A stretch of 64,000 nt of DNA from an uncultured Planctomycetia bacterium (GTDB lineage Bacteria; Planctomycetota; UBA8108): NCBI GenBank assembly GCA_964390645.1, contig CAYMLL010000001.1, positions 35,045 to 99,044 on the forward strand, in the 5' to 3' direction. The notes beneath the pieces are model-generated. The model was not told where the DNA came from. It made no database searches and saw only the letters and a list, made by a program, of their open reading frames with translations. The stretch's first letter is position 1; the number at the start of each line of letters is the position of its first letter. Both the position numbers and the translations under genes were made by a program. Shown piece by piece: positions 9,382 to 22,594 of the stretch.

Positions 9382-9867
9382 GCTTGTTTCCTGCTGAGGG
9401 TGTAACCACGATCGATCACGTGGGCGAGAGAAACAGGCCGGGGAGATCGTCAACGCGCTCCATGAGGCGCGCCTCCATCCGGCTCCCTGACGCGGGGAGT
9501 CCACCGACGAGACGATCCTCACGATCCGGACCTCCGCAGACGATTGTGGGTTCCGGAGAGTCTGACGGGTGCGGTTCCGGAGAACCTGACGCCAGCTCTC
9601 GCGTGAAGATGCCTCAGGGCTCGACCAGCCGCAAGGTCGCTCCGGCCGCGGTCGCCCCGGTCCCGGGCAGGTCACCCATCGTGTCGAGAAGGCTCACGCC
9701 GCGCACCACGATCACCAGGTCCATCGGGTTGCAGATGCAGAAACAGCGAACGCAGCGAGCGAGATTCGCCCCGGCGTTCACCGCGCTGTGAAGGTGCCGT
9801 GCCGAACACAGAGCGAGGCGGATTTGGCCCCGGATCGATGGGCTCGACAGTCCGACCGACGGTCCAC

Positions 9868-10914
9868 TTATTGACAGATCGCTCCCGGGTCGGCGCAGTC
9901 GAAGGCGTCATCGCCCGTCGGGTCGGGGCCACACTCCTCGGCAAGGGTCTCCGTGCCGGAGGGCGACGGCGGGGCCGGAGAGTCGCCTCCGAGAAACAGG
10001 AAGCCGAAGACCCGTACCGCGTCGGTCAACGCAATCGCTCCGTCGTCGTCGGCGTCACCCGAATCCATGCACACCGGCGCCGGGCCGCCCAGAAACAGGA
10101 AGTTCAGGATCAGGATACCGTCGGTCAGGTCGATCCTGCCGTTCGAGTTCGGATCGCCGCGAACGAAGCCGGAGACCGGACAGGGCGGGCAAGCGTCGTC
10201 GTCGCAGTCGACGAGCCCGTCGTCGTCATCATCGGTCTCATTGTCGCAGATCTCCTTGGGCACCATCGACAGATCGTCGTAGTACATCGGAGACGTGCCG
10301 GCGGGTGCCCACAGGTCGACTCCCGCGAACTCGGTGCCGTTCCAGGTAAAGTCGCCCAGCAGCTCGTCGTTGTAGAACATCCTGGCCAGCTGGATGTCGA
10401 GGTCGATCTCGAGCCGGACCTCGACCCACTCATCCCGCACCATGGGCACCGAGTTGGCAGCGTTGCCGGCGTAGTCGACTTGCCCTCGATCGAGAAAGAA
10501 CCGCATCTCGCCGCCCCACACCAGCGGCGCCGGGTGGCTCACCATGAAGTTGATGGCGGGATTGGTCCCGAACGTCGAGTCGGACGGGATGTACGTCATC
10601 GCGCTGAACGTGTACTGACCGGAGACCCTGTCGGGAAACTGCCAGACCACGTCGGTCCAGTTGCCCGGATCGCCGCCGCCGATCTCCAGCGAGTTGCCGG
10701 CACTCAACGCGAACTCACTGCTCAACGGGGCACCGTAGTCCGGGTTCGGATCGCCGTCCCAGCCGATCCAGTCTCCCTGGTCGACGATGTTGGATCCGAC
10801 GTCGTACGAATCAAAGTCCTCGAAGAAGCTCTCGAACGCCGACGTCGTCTCTGCCAGGCTCATGGCAAGAGTCGCAACAAGAATCACGCTGGTCGTCCTG
10901 CCACGCATCACCAT
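9868..10914 (-). CDS. Secreted protein with a jelly-roll-like N-domain and a C-terminal tandem dockerin-like Ca-binding module
   Basis: ORF 9868..11001, with the likely start at Met-30 (MVMRGRTTSVILVATLAMSLAETTSA signal peptide). The C-terminus has two loops, GDPNSNGRIDLTDGILILNFLFLGGPAPVC and GDADDDGAIALTDAVRVFGFLFLGGDSPAPP. This is the module that recurs across the window. Confidence 0.6.
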   Translation of the reverse strand: MVMRGRTTSVILVATLAMSLAETTSAFESFFEDFDSYDVGSNIVDQGDWIGWDGDPNPDYGAPLSSEFALSAGNSLEIGGGDPGNWTDVVWQFPDRVSGQYTFSAMTYIPSDSTFGTNPAINFMVSHPAPLVWGGEMRFFLDRGQVDYAGNAANSVPMVRDEWVEVRLEIDLDIQLARMFYNDELLGDFTWNGTEFAGVDLWAPAGTSPMYYDDLSMVPKEICDNETDDDDDGLVDCDDDACPPCPVSGFVRGDPNSNGRIDLTDGILILNFLFLGGPAPVCMDSGDADDDGAIALTDAVRVFGFLFLGGDSPAPPSPSGTETLAEECGPDPTGDDAFDCADPGAICQ

Positions 10915-11759
10915 TCTCCCCGGGTATGGATACGTTTGCTGAGGTGCCTGCCCTTGAAGGACAGCGGTCACGAGTTCCCGAGAACCTCGACCCGTGTTCA
11001 CGAACCCGACCCCCGATCACGGCATTTTCACCGTGCCCTGGCCGGATTGCAAGAAGCCGCCGACGTCGGGACCCAGCTGGCCCACCGACACGGACCGCGG
11101 CCTCTCGAGGCGAGCACCGCAGGCGCCGGACTCGAGTCTCGCCTCGGCGGACGGCTGACGGGTCGCGCGAGCCGCCGTGGACGCTGGCGCCGGCCGTGAC
11201 GTGTTGCGAGATCCGGCATCACCCGTCTCGCGACTCCGAGTCATGAGAGAGCTCGGCGCCCGAGCTTCTGCCGGCGGCGACACCCGGGTGTGCTCCTTCT
11301 GCGCGATGGCTCAGGTCGTGAGAAGCGACCGCTGGTATCGTCCGCCCGCGGAGCGTCGGACGCGCTCTGCGGTTCGCAGACTCGTTCGTCAAGACGGTAA
11401 ACAGCCCCTCGGGACTCGATCACCCTGCCGACTCGACGCGGGAACGATCGCCGGCGACCCACCCCGGATCTCGACGTCGAGGCGGCCTCCATGTGGAAGC
11501 TTCACGAGCTCCGACGGCAGGAGACGCACCCGCAGAACGAACCTGAGTCGTGGTCCTCTCGAGATCGCGTTGTCTTTTCCCCGGAACGACTCGCGGTGGC
11601 GCCGCCGTCGAAGGTTCGCCAGGGGCCGGTATCGTCCGTGCCGGGAATCCGTCGTGACGGGACTCTCGAGTTCCGGATGGCGACGGCGAGAGCCTTGTGG
11701 CAGACCACGTTGAAGCCGGCGCTGACGCTCGGTCCCGCGACACCCGGTGGCCCGGGAGC

Positions 11760-12439
11760 CACCTGCTGGCCGGGGTTCTCCACGAAGCGGCGCCAGGTGG
11801 ACATGTACCGGATGAACTCCTTGCCGGATCCCTGCCCACACAGGAACTCCGGCGTCGCCGGGAGCTCCGCAGCCCGGAAGTTCGCGTCACCGTTCACTCG
11901 GAGCGGAAAGTCGTGGTGCAAGATGGCAGCACGGCCGATCACCACGAAATCCACGCCTGCGTCCAGACACGCGCGAACGTCGGCCGCGCTGACGGTCTTA
12001 CCCCCGACACCGAGTCGCACGTGGCCACGCTCGAGCTCGGTGAAATACGAGAGCAGACTTCTTCCCTGGAACGACTCCTCGGCTGGCTCCTTGAACACGT
12101 CCCACATCGACAGGTAGGAGTCGATCTTGCCATCGTGCGTCAGGTGCTGGACGACCTGAAGCTGCTCCGACGGAGCTCACGCCGAATCGCTCCGCCGACA
12201 ACCGCACGCGGACGCCGAAGTCAGGGCGACAGCGATCACGGACGCCGTCGATGATGTCCAGCACGATGCGCGATCGGTTCTCGAGCGAGCCACCGTAACG
12301 ATTGCGCGGCGCAGGTCATGGTCATCCCGAACTGCCCCGGGGCGCGCATGGTCAGCCAGCTGTACTCGTCATCCGGAAGTCGACCGTCGGTATGGCTCCG
12401 CAGGTTGGTGAGTGGCGCCAGCATGAAGCGGTTCTTCAT
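11760..12439 (-). pseudogene. Old Yellow Enzyme-family NADH:flavin oxidoreductase, split over three reading frames (frameshifted)
   Basis: Three minus-strand fragments in different frames are all OYE-like. The N-terminal piece is MKNRFMLAPLTNLRSHTDGRLPDDEYSWLTMRAPGQFGMTMTCAAQ (start 12439). The middle piece is IIDGVRDRCRPDFGVRVRLSAERFG (ORF 11998..12264). The C-terminal piece is GGKTVSAADVRACLDAGVDFVVIGRAAILHHDFP (ORF 11502..12107). This is either a real pseudogene or indel errors. Confidence 0.45.
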
Positions 12440-12560
12440 GGCCGCCCACGAACGAACCGCAGAGGAGCGAAAGGGGAGGATGGGTTCATCCGAAAGTGGC
12501 ACCCTGGTGGTGAGGTCACCCGGAGCGTCGGCTCCCCGACAGCTCGAGAGTCCTCCAAGA

Positions 12561-13724
12561 CTACGCTCCGTCGGTTTCCAGGCAGCGATAGACCGCGTCC
12601 ACCAGTATCCGCGATCGGGGTGTCGCACCGACATCCGGTTCCATCTGGTTCATCGCGTAGCCGAACGCGATGTGGTGGACCGGATCCGCAAATCCGAGGG
12701 ACCCGCCCGCACCTGCGTGACCGAACGACCTCTCGCTCGGTCCGTATGCGCCTGCGGTGTTGAGGATGAACCCTCGCGAGCGCCGCATGGACACGCCGGT
12801 GGCCAGGTCGATCTGATCGCCCACTTCGCGCCGGGTCACCGACTCGATACCCGCCTCACTGATGATGCGAACGCCATTCCACTCCCCGCCACAGGCCATG
12901 GGCGCGTAGGCCCGCGCGAGGCCCCGGGCGCTGGCATGGCCGTTGGCGGCGGCGATCTCCGCCTTGCGCCAGGCGGTCGAGCACGCGTCCTTGTACGGAC
13001 GGATGAGAGGATTCTCGAGGGCCACGGAGTACAGCTCCGGCTTCTCGGCTGGCGTCTGCGGTGGCTCCGGGCGGACTCGCGCACGGTTGGGACCGATCAT
13101 GTCCGCCACCCGGTCCATCTCGGAGTCGGGCAGGCCGATGTAGCAATCGGCTGCCAGGGGGCGGGCAACCTCCTCCCGGAAGTACTGTCCCAGGGTTCTG
13201 CCGGTGATTCGACGCACCAGCTCACCCGGGAGATAGCCCCAGGTGATCGCATGGTAGCCCACCGCAGTTCCGAGCTCCCAGAGAGGCTTCTGAGCCGCCA
13301 GCAGGGAGACCATCTTCTCCCAGTCGTACAGATCCTCCACGGAGAGCTTCCGGGTCACACCGCAGAGTCCGGCCTGGTGGGACAGAAGCTGCGCGACCGT
13401 GACGTCACCCTTGCCCTCGGCGCCGAACTCGGGCCAGTAATCGACCACCCTGGCCTCGAAGTCGAGCTGGCCCCGGTCGGCCAGCACACCGATCGCGATG
13501 GTCGCAAGTCCCTTGGTCGTGGAGTACACGTTGACCAGGGTGTCCTTCTGCCACGAACGCGTCCCGGCAGGGTCCCGGGTGCCACCCCAGAGGTCCACGA
13601 CCTTGTTCTCGCCGTGGTAGACCGTGAGGCCGGCGCCCACCTCGACTCTCTGCCAGTTGCTGACAAACGCCTCGCGAACGGGCTCGAAACCCACGCTCAC
13701 TTCACCCTGTACCGCGACGTTCAT
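12561..13724 (-). CDS. Beta-lactamase-family serine hydrolase / esterase (class C / EstB-like)
   Basis: It has the SxxK motif in VYSTTKGLATIAIGVLADRG and a later YxN-type region. At 387 aa with this overall layout it fits penicillin-binding-protein-like esterases. Confidence 0.8.
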   Translation of the reverse strand: MNVAVQGEVSVGFEPVREAFVSNWQRVEVGAGLTVYHGENKVVDLWGGTRDPAGTRSWQKDTLVNVYSTTKGLATIAIGVLADRGQLDFEARVVDYWPEFGAEGKGDVTVAQLLSHQAGLCGVTRKLSVEDLYDWEKMVSLLAAQKPLWELGTAVGYHAITWGYLPGELVRRITGRTLGQYFREEVARPLAADCYIGLPDSEMDRVADMIGPNRARVRPEPPQTPAEKPELYSVALENPLIRPYKDACSTAWRKAEIAAANGHASARGLARAYAPMACGGEWNGVRIISEAGIESVTRREVGDQIDLATGVSMRRSRGFILNTAGAYGPSERSFGHAGAGGSLGFADPVHHIAFGYAMNQMEPDVGATPRSRILVDAVYRCLETDGA

Positions 13725-14046
13725 TCCGTCTCCCGTCGTCTATGATCATCAGGAGTCCCGGGATACTCTGACAGGTGTCCTCTTCGCGGCTGCCGTTCAG
13801 CGAGCCGTCGAGAGCGTGCCTCGCATCCGGGAGCGGGCCGTTCATTCCGGGATCCAGACGCCAGGGTGCAGGCAATGTGGTGCATTGTCGAGTCCTGGCA
13901 ACGAAGAACCCGGGCGAAATACCCGCTCTCGCACCGGATCGACTTCCTGGACGTACCGTCAGGCGACGTCGTGTCGCAGACCAGCCCGGTGGGGCTGCCC
14001 TCAGGGTCGCGGCCAGACGCGCCACTGGAGTAACGCGGTGAGTTTC

Positions 14047-15060
14047 ATGACCACGGAGCACAGAGATTGGCTGGACCGGGTCCAGGAAGAGCCCCTCGAC
14101 CCGGATCTGCCCATCTGCGATGCCCATCATCATCTCTGGGACCGTCCCACGAGCCGGTACCTCATCGACGATCTGGTGGCGGATGCCAGGGATCACAACG
14201 TGGTCAGCACGGTGTTCGTCGAGTGCATGGCCAGTTACCGCGAGGATGGTCCCGATGCGATGAGACCCGTCGGAGAGACGGTCTTCATCGATGCCCTCGC
14301 CGCGGAATCCGCCCGGGACACAGCGCGGAAGATGAGGTGTTCGGCGGCGATCATCGGCTACGCGGACTTGCGGCTCGGCGGCGCGGTAACACCGGTTCTC
14401 GAGGGCCACCGGCAGGCGAGTCCGACCCGGTTCAAGGGCACGCGCCACGGAGTCGGATGGGACGCGCATCCCGATGTCCCGATCTCTCATACGGGACCGA
14501 AACACGGGCAGCTGCTGGACCCGACGTTCCGGGAGGGGGTCGCCTGCTTGCAGGAGCAGGGCCTGATCTACGAGTGCTATCTGTACCATACGCAGCTCAT
14601 GGAGCTGGCCGATCTCGCCCGGACGTTTCCCGACCTGACCATCGTCCTGAATCACTTCGGTGGACCGCTCGGTGTCGGGCCCTACGACGTCAAGAGCGAG
14701 GAGGTCATGGGGGTCTGGAAACGGGGTATCACCACACTCGCGGCGTGTCCTGGAGTCGTCGCCAAGCTGGGTGGGATCGCCATGCCCAGAAACGGCTTCG
14801 GATGGCATGAGCGTGACGTGCCCCCCACCTCCCGGGAGCTCGCCGAGGCCACCGCGCCCTTCTACCTCCATACCATCGAGCAGTTCGGACCGAGCCGTTG
14901 CATGTTCGAGAGCAATTTCCCGGTCGAGAAGCGTTCGTGCTCGTACACGGTTCTCTGGAACTCCTTCAAGCGGATCGCGAGCCCGTTTTCCGATTCGGAG
15001 CGGTCCGAGATGTTTCACGGCACGGCGGAGCGAGTATACGCGATCGCAGATGCCGGGTAG
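14047..15060 (+). CDS. Amidohydrolase-2 family (TIM-barrel metal-dependent hydrolase, PF04909-like)
   Basis: ORF 13624..15060, with the start at MTTEHRDWL (14047). It has the metal ligands ICDAHHHLW and later NHFGGP...FESNFP, typical of the ACMSD/LigI-type amidohydrolase-2 family. Confidence 0.75.
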   Translation: MTTEHRDWLDRVQEEPLDPDLPICDAHHHLWDRPTSRYLIDDLVADARDHNVVSTVFVECMASYREDGPDAMRPVGETVFIDALAAESARDTARKMRCSAAIIGYADLRLGGAVTPVLEGHRQASPTRFKGTRHGVGWDAHPDVPISHTGPKHGQLLDPTFREGVACLQEQGLIYECYLYHTQLMELADLARTFPDLTIVLNHFGGPLGVGPYDVKSEEVMGVWKRGITTLAACPGVVAKLGGIAMPRNGFGWHERDVPPTSRELAEATAPFYLHTIEQFGPSRCMFESNFPVEKRSCSYTVLWNSFKRIASPFSDSERSEMFHGTAERVYAIADAG

Positions 15061-15356
15061 GCTCGAGTCACCGGGTCTTCGGGCAACGCCGGGATCGGCG
15101 AGGATCGCCGAGATCCGGAACCGACTACGACGCCGATACCGAAGGTGGGCCGGGGGTGATTCTCGGGGCAACATCGCACGCTGCTTCCGACGCGTGCGGG
15201 CTCTTGGTCAGATCCGGGATCGTCGGTGCCCACGGCTGATTCCCCGACGCGCGGCAGCGTCCGAGGAGCCCGCACGAATCATGGCGGTTCCGTTCGAAAA
15301 CCCCGCCGAGTCGATATAGACTGCAGGGCCGTCCGAGAGACTCAGGAGGAGCACTG

Positions 15357-16169
15357 GTGGCTGAACTGGTTACTGTGGATATCAGCGCCGATGGTGTGGC
15401 GGATGTCCGCCTCAATCGCGCCGAGAAGTACAATGCCCTGTCCCCGGAGATGTTCGACGCCATCACGGAAGCCGGCGAATCACTGATGGACAACAAGTCT
15501 CTCCGTGCGGTCGTCCTGTCCGGCAACGGACGGGGCTTCTGCGCAGGGCTGGACTTCTCCGGCTTTCGAGGAATGGAAGGAGGGACCGAGGGCCGACCTG
15601 TAACCTCGAGAAGAGAACCGACCGGCAAGACACCGGGCAACCAGGCTCAACAGCCCGGTATGGTCTGGAAGCAGGTACCCGTACCCGTCATCGCCGCGAT
15701 TCACGGTGTTGCCTTTGGCGGCGGTTTTCAGGTCGCCATGGGTGCGGATATTCGGATTGCGGCCACGGACGCCCGATTCTCGGTGATGGAGATCAAGTGG
15801 GGACTCATCCCCGACTGCAGCATCACGCAGACACTGCGAGATACTGTCCGACTCGATATCGCCAAGGAGCTGACGTTCACCGGTCGCATCTTCGAAGGAC
15901 CGGAAGCGGCTGAGCTGGGCGTGATCACACGGGTCAGCGATCCACCGCTGGACGCCGCCATGGAGATGGCAGAGGCCATCGCTTCCAGGTCACCGAGCGC
16001 GATTCGACTGGGCAAACAGCTGTTCGAGACCGCCTGGCACGCGGACCGTGCCGAAGGTCTCGCTCTTGAAGCACGGCTGCAAGGTCGCCTGATCGGAGGA
16101 ACCAACCAGGTGGAAGCCGTGAGATCGAACTTCGAAGAGCGTGCCCCGCGATACGTTGATCCGGATTGA
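15357..16169 (+). CDS. Enoyl-CoA hydratase/isomerase (crotonase) family protein
   Basis: It uses a GTG start. Crotonase signatures are VVLSGNGRGFCAGLDF and the oxyanion-hole region AAIHGVAFGGGFQVAMGADIRIA. A ~35-aa insertion follows the first motif. Confidence 0.8.
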   Translation: MAELVTVDISADGVADVRLNRAEKYNALSPEMFDAITEAGESLMDNKSLRAVVLSGNGRGFCAGLDFSGFRGMEGGTEGRPVTSRREPTGKTPGNQAQQPGMVWKQVPVPVIAAIHGVAFGGGFQVAMGADIRIAATDARFSVMEIKWGLIPDCSITQTLRDTVRLDIAKELTFTGRIFEGPEAAELGVITRVSDPPLDAAMEMAEAIASRSPSAIRLGKQLFETAWHADRAEGLALEARLQGRLIGGTNQVEAVRSNFEERAPRYVDPD

Positions 16170-16399
16170 CCCTTCCGGTCACCGGTCTTGACCACCAGGC
16201 TCTACCTTCGGTCCGGCGATCCATGTGGAGAACGCCCCGGATGCCGAGGCGAGTCACGGGGCGAGAGGATTCTGCGGCGGGCTCCGTCCTGGCCACGACA
16301 GCCGAGGTCGATGGCCCGCTCCCGCAGACGCACACGACGTCGAGATCCGAGCTCCGGAGCTCTCGCCTCGCGGATCGACCTGCGCCTCCGTCCTCCTCC

Positions 16400-17824
16400 T
16401 CACGCCAACGGGGCCCATGTTGTCGGCCAATCCGGATGCCACGGTCGCGCCTGCTCGTAGGCTCGAGCGGCCTGCAAGACGAGATCGTCCCGGTGTCTGC
16501 GGCCGATGATCTGCATGCCGATGGGCAGCCCCGCCCGTGACAGCCCCACACGAACAGTGGCCGCCGGGTGCCAGGAGAGGTTGAACGGAATCGTGAACGA
16601 TGCCACACCGGCACGGACCTGTTCCTTGCCGTCTGTCAGCTCGGGCCACGGACCACGCGCCGGCGGCGCATCAAAGGGGACGGTCGGGGTGACCAGCAGG
16701 TCGTAACGAGAGAAGATCTCGGCGCACCAGGCATTCAGCTGCTCGCGTCTTTCGGACGCGTCGCCCCACCACTTCGGTGTCATCGTCTGTGCGCTACTGA
16801 CCCCGGCGAGGAAAGAACGGCCGAACTCATCCTCATGGTCTGGCAGCAGGTGACCGATGCGGGCTGCGATCTCGAAAGACCCCATGACTCCCCATTCGGC
16901 GTTGTTCATCGGCGGGCCGCCGCTGACAGACTCGACAGAATGTCCGAGCCCCTCGAAGACCCTCACGTTTTCCTCGACGGCAGCGCCCACATCCGACTGC
17001 ACGACCGCGTAGCCGAGATCAGCTGCGAGGCCGATCCGCAATCCGCTGCCGAGCGGCTCACGCACTCTCTGCAGATAAGAGTAACCGGGATGCGGCAGAG
17101 AGTTCGGGTCATGGGGTGAAGGTCCGACCACCTGGTCCAGAAACAACGCGGCGTCCTCGACCGTCCTGGTGAGCGGTCCGTGACCGGCGGTGTCTCCGTA
17201 GTACCAGTGCTTGCGGGGACCGTTGGAGATTCTTCCGTAGGACGGCTTCAAGCCGAACGCTCCCGTGAAGCTCGCGGGGATTCGCACCGAGCCACCGCCG
17301 TCGCTGCCCGTCACCAACGGCAAAACGGAGCCCGCCAGCGCCGCGGAAGAGCCGCCGCTCGATCCGCCCGGCGACCGCTCCAGGTTCCAGGGAGAACGGG
17401 TGACACCGTGGACCAGGTTCTTGGTGATCGCCGTGTAACCGAATTCAGGGGTATTCGTCTTGCCGAGAACGATGGCGCCGGCGTCGCGCAGGCGTGCCAC
17501 CTGGTCCGAGTCGGTGTCGGCGACGTTTTTCTTGAACGGAACGGACCCGTACGACGTGACCATGCCCGCCACATCCTCGAGGTCCTTCACTCCGAGCGGA
17601 ATCCCCTCCAGGGGTCGGGGCTCGCCGTCCATCGCGCGTTCTTCCGCCCGGCGAGCTTCATCCATCAACGCGTTCCTGTCACGCATCGCCACGACGGCGT
17701 TGAGATCGGGATTCGTTTCGTCGATCCGATCCAGGACGGCTTCCATCAACTCCACGGGCGAAGCCTCACGGGCATGGATGGCATCCGCCAGATCGACCAG
17801 CGAGAGTGTCAGCAATTCGTTCAT
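16400..17824 (-). CDS. Amidase (amidase-signature family, GatA-like)
   Basis: ORF 16400..18118, with the start at MNELLTLS (17824). The amidase signature is GGSSGGSSAALAGSVLPLVTGSDGGGSVRIPASFTGAFGLKPSYGRIS. The catalytic Lys sits in PLGVKD. Confidence 0.85.
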   Translation of the reverse strand: MNELLTLSLVDLADAIHAREASPVELMEAVLDRIDETNPDLNAVVAMRDRNALMDEARRAEERAMDGEPRPLEGIPLGVKDLEDVAGMVTSYGSVPFKKNVADTDSDQVARLRDAGAIVLGKTNTPEFGYTAITKNLVHGVTRSPWNLERSPGGSSGGSSAALAGSVLPLVTGSDGGGSVRIPASFTGAFGLKPSYGRISNGPRKHWYYGDTAGHGPLTRTVEDAALFLDQVVGPSPHDPNSLPHPGYSYLQRVREPLGSGLRIGLAADLGYAVVQSDVGAAVEENVRVFEGLGHSVESVSGGPPMNNAEWGVMGSFEIAARIGHLLPDHEDEFGRSFLAGVSSAQTMTPKWWGDASERREQLNAWCAEIFSRYDLLVTPTVPFDAPPARGPWPELTDGKEQVRAGVASFTIPFNLSWHPAATVRVGLSRAGLPIGMQIIGRRHRDDLVLQAARAYEQARPWHPDWPTTWAPLA

Positions 17825-18069
17825 CGGCTTGTCTTTCCCGACATGCGGGCGGTGAGGAAGCTGTCTGGTGGCAAACGACAGGCGGCTCTGACGGTTGGCG
17901 CCGAGGCGCACGGATCGAACTTGAACCAGGACTTCAAGGTATGGTGTTTTCTGCTCACATCGAACATCAGAGTGTGGTCGTCTTTGTGCTACATTCGAGT
18001 CTCTTGCGTCCGACGACGGTGACTCTCGAAGAGATCTCCAGCACTCTCCCTCCAGCCGGGCCATCCCTG

Positions 18070-19320
18070 ATGAGTGAACGGACTCACGCCACGAAGCCCT
18101 TTCGATACGAACGCTCATCCGTTCTGTTTGAACGTGCCTCCAAAGTCATCCCCAACGGCATCTACGGGCATTTCAATCCTGTCATGCAGGTGCCGGACGG
18201 GACCTATCCATTCTACGTGAAGAGCGCTGAAGGATCCCGGTTCCGGGATGTCGACGGAAACGAGTTCGTCGACTACACCTGCGCTTACGGCCCGATCGTT
18301 CTGGGATACGGCAACCCGGTCGTGGATGCGGCATACGCCCAACAGCTGGCGCGGTCCGACGCAGCCACGTTGGCATCGCCGGTGATGGTTGATCTTGCCG
18401 AGCACCTGGTCGACCTGATTCCAGTTGCCGACTGGGCTCTGTTCGCAAAGAACGGCTCCGACGTGACCAGCCTGGCCGTGATGATCGCTCGAGCCGCCAC
18501 GGGCAGGAGCAAGGTGGTGACGATCGAGGGCGGTTACCACGGCACGGTACCATGGATGCAGCCGCCTGAGCGCGCCGGCATCCTCCCGGACGATCGCCGC
18601 CATGTCATCGAGATCCCCTGGAATGACGTGGCCGCGCTCGAGAACGCGCTCTCGGAGCACGAAGATGTGGCCGCATTCATCGCTTCGCCCTACCACCACC
18701 CGACTTATCAGGACAACGCGCTGCCCGACGAGGGCTACTGGCACCGCGTCCAGTCCTTGCTCCGGAAACGCGACGTCGTGTTCATCAGCGACGATGTGCG
18801 ATGCGGATTTCGAATCGACATGTCCGGGTCACACGAGTACTTCGGATACAAACCCGACATGGCGTGCTACTGCAAGGCGATCGCGAACGGTTATCCGCTA
18901 TCCACGCTGGTCGGCAGTGATGCGCTGCGCGAGGCGGCCTCCGACGTTTTTTGCACTGGCAGTTTCTGGTTCAGCGCAGCGCCGATGGCTGCCGCACTGG
19001 CCTGCCTGAGAGAGATGCGACGGATCTCGGCTCCGGAGGTCATCCTCGAAAAAGGAAGGAAACTGACCGAGGGGATGATCGAGATCGCGAAGAGCCATGG
19101 ACACACCATGCACGTCACCGGCATGCCTTCGATGCCCTACGTCCGGGTGCTTCACGAAGCAGGCATCAAGTTCCATCGCGCCTTGTGTGGAGAATGCACG
19201 AGACGCGGCGCCTTCTTCACCTCCCACCACAACTGGTTCCTCTCCGCCGCGCACACGGACAACGACATCCAGCGCACCTGGGACATCCTTGATGACGCCT
19301 TCCGAGCGGTGGTGATATAG
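18070..19320 (+). CDS. Class III aminotransferase-fold protein (glutamate-1-semialdehyde 2,1-aminomutase-like)
   Basis: ORF 17806..19320, with the start at MSERTHATKP (18070). It is GSA-aminomutase-like: YGPIVLGYGNPVVD, TIEGGYHG, FISDDVRCGFRI, CYCKAIANGYPLSTLVG. It is transcribed divergently from the amidase. Confidence 0.8.
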   Translation: MSERTHATKPFRYERSSVLFERASKVIPNGIYGHFNPVMQVPDGTYPFYVKSAEGSRFRDVDGNEFVDYTCAYGPIVLGYGNPVVDAAYAQQLARSDAATLASPVMVDLAEHLVDLIPVADWALFAKNGSDVTSLAVMIARAATGRSKVVTIEGGYHGTVPWMQPPERAGILPDDRRHVIEIPWNDVAALENALSEHEDVAAFIASPYHHPTYQDNALPDEGYWHRVQSLLRKRDVVFISDDVRCGFRIDMSGSHEYFGYKPDMACYCKAIANGYPLSTLVGSDALREAASDVFCTGSFWFSAAPMAAALACLREMRRISAPEVILEKGRKLTEGMIEIAKSHGHTMHVTGMPSMPYVRVLHEAGIKFHRALCGECTRRGAFFTSHHNWFLSAAHTDNDIQRTWDILDDAFRAVVI

Positions 19321-19670
19321 AGTCTGCTCGTGCTGCCTTCTGATTCCACGTTGCACGATCGGGGCTCAGGAAATCGACGCCACGCAGTCGTCGACCTCCG
19401 GGCCCGGCGAGACATCGATGAGGTCTCGACATCGTTCACCCGGCCGCAACATGCTATACCGAGCCGCAACATGCTCTGCGGTGAATCTACGTCACCGCCG
19501 ACCGGTGCGGCCGTGTCCACATCCGTCGCTCGGAGCCTCGCGAGCCCCTCCGTCCCCCCGCCGGATACTCTCATGGAAGCGGGGCTCGCGGGACGCCATC
19601 GTCTATACTGGGTCCCGGAACACCCGCAGCAGACCGATGCCGAACCTGCTGCCAACCGCGCGGTACCTCG

Positions 19671-22589
<2,919 letters not shown>

Positions 22590-22594
22590 CCGCG

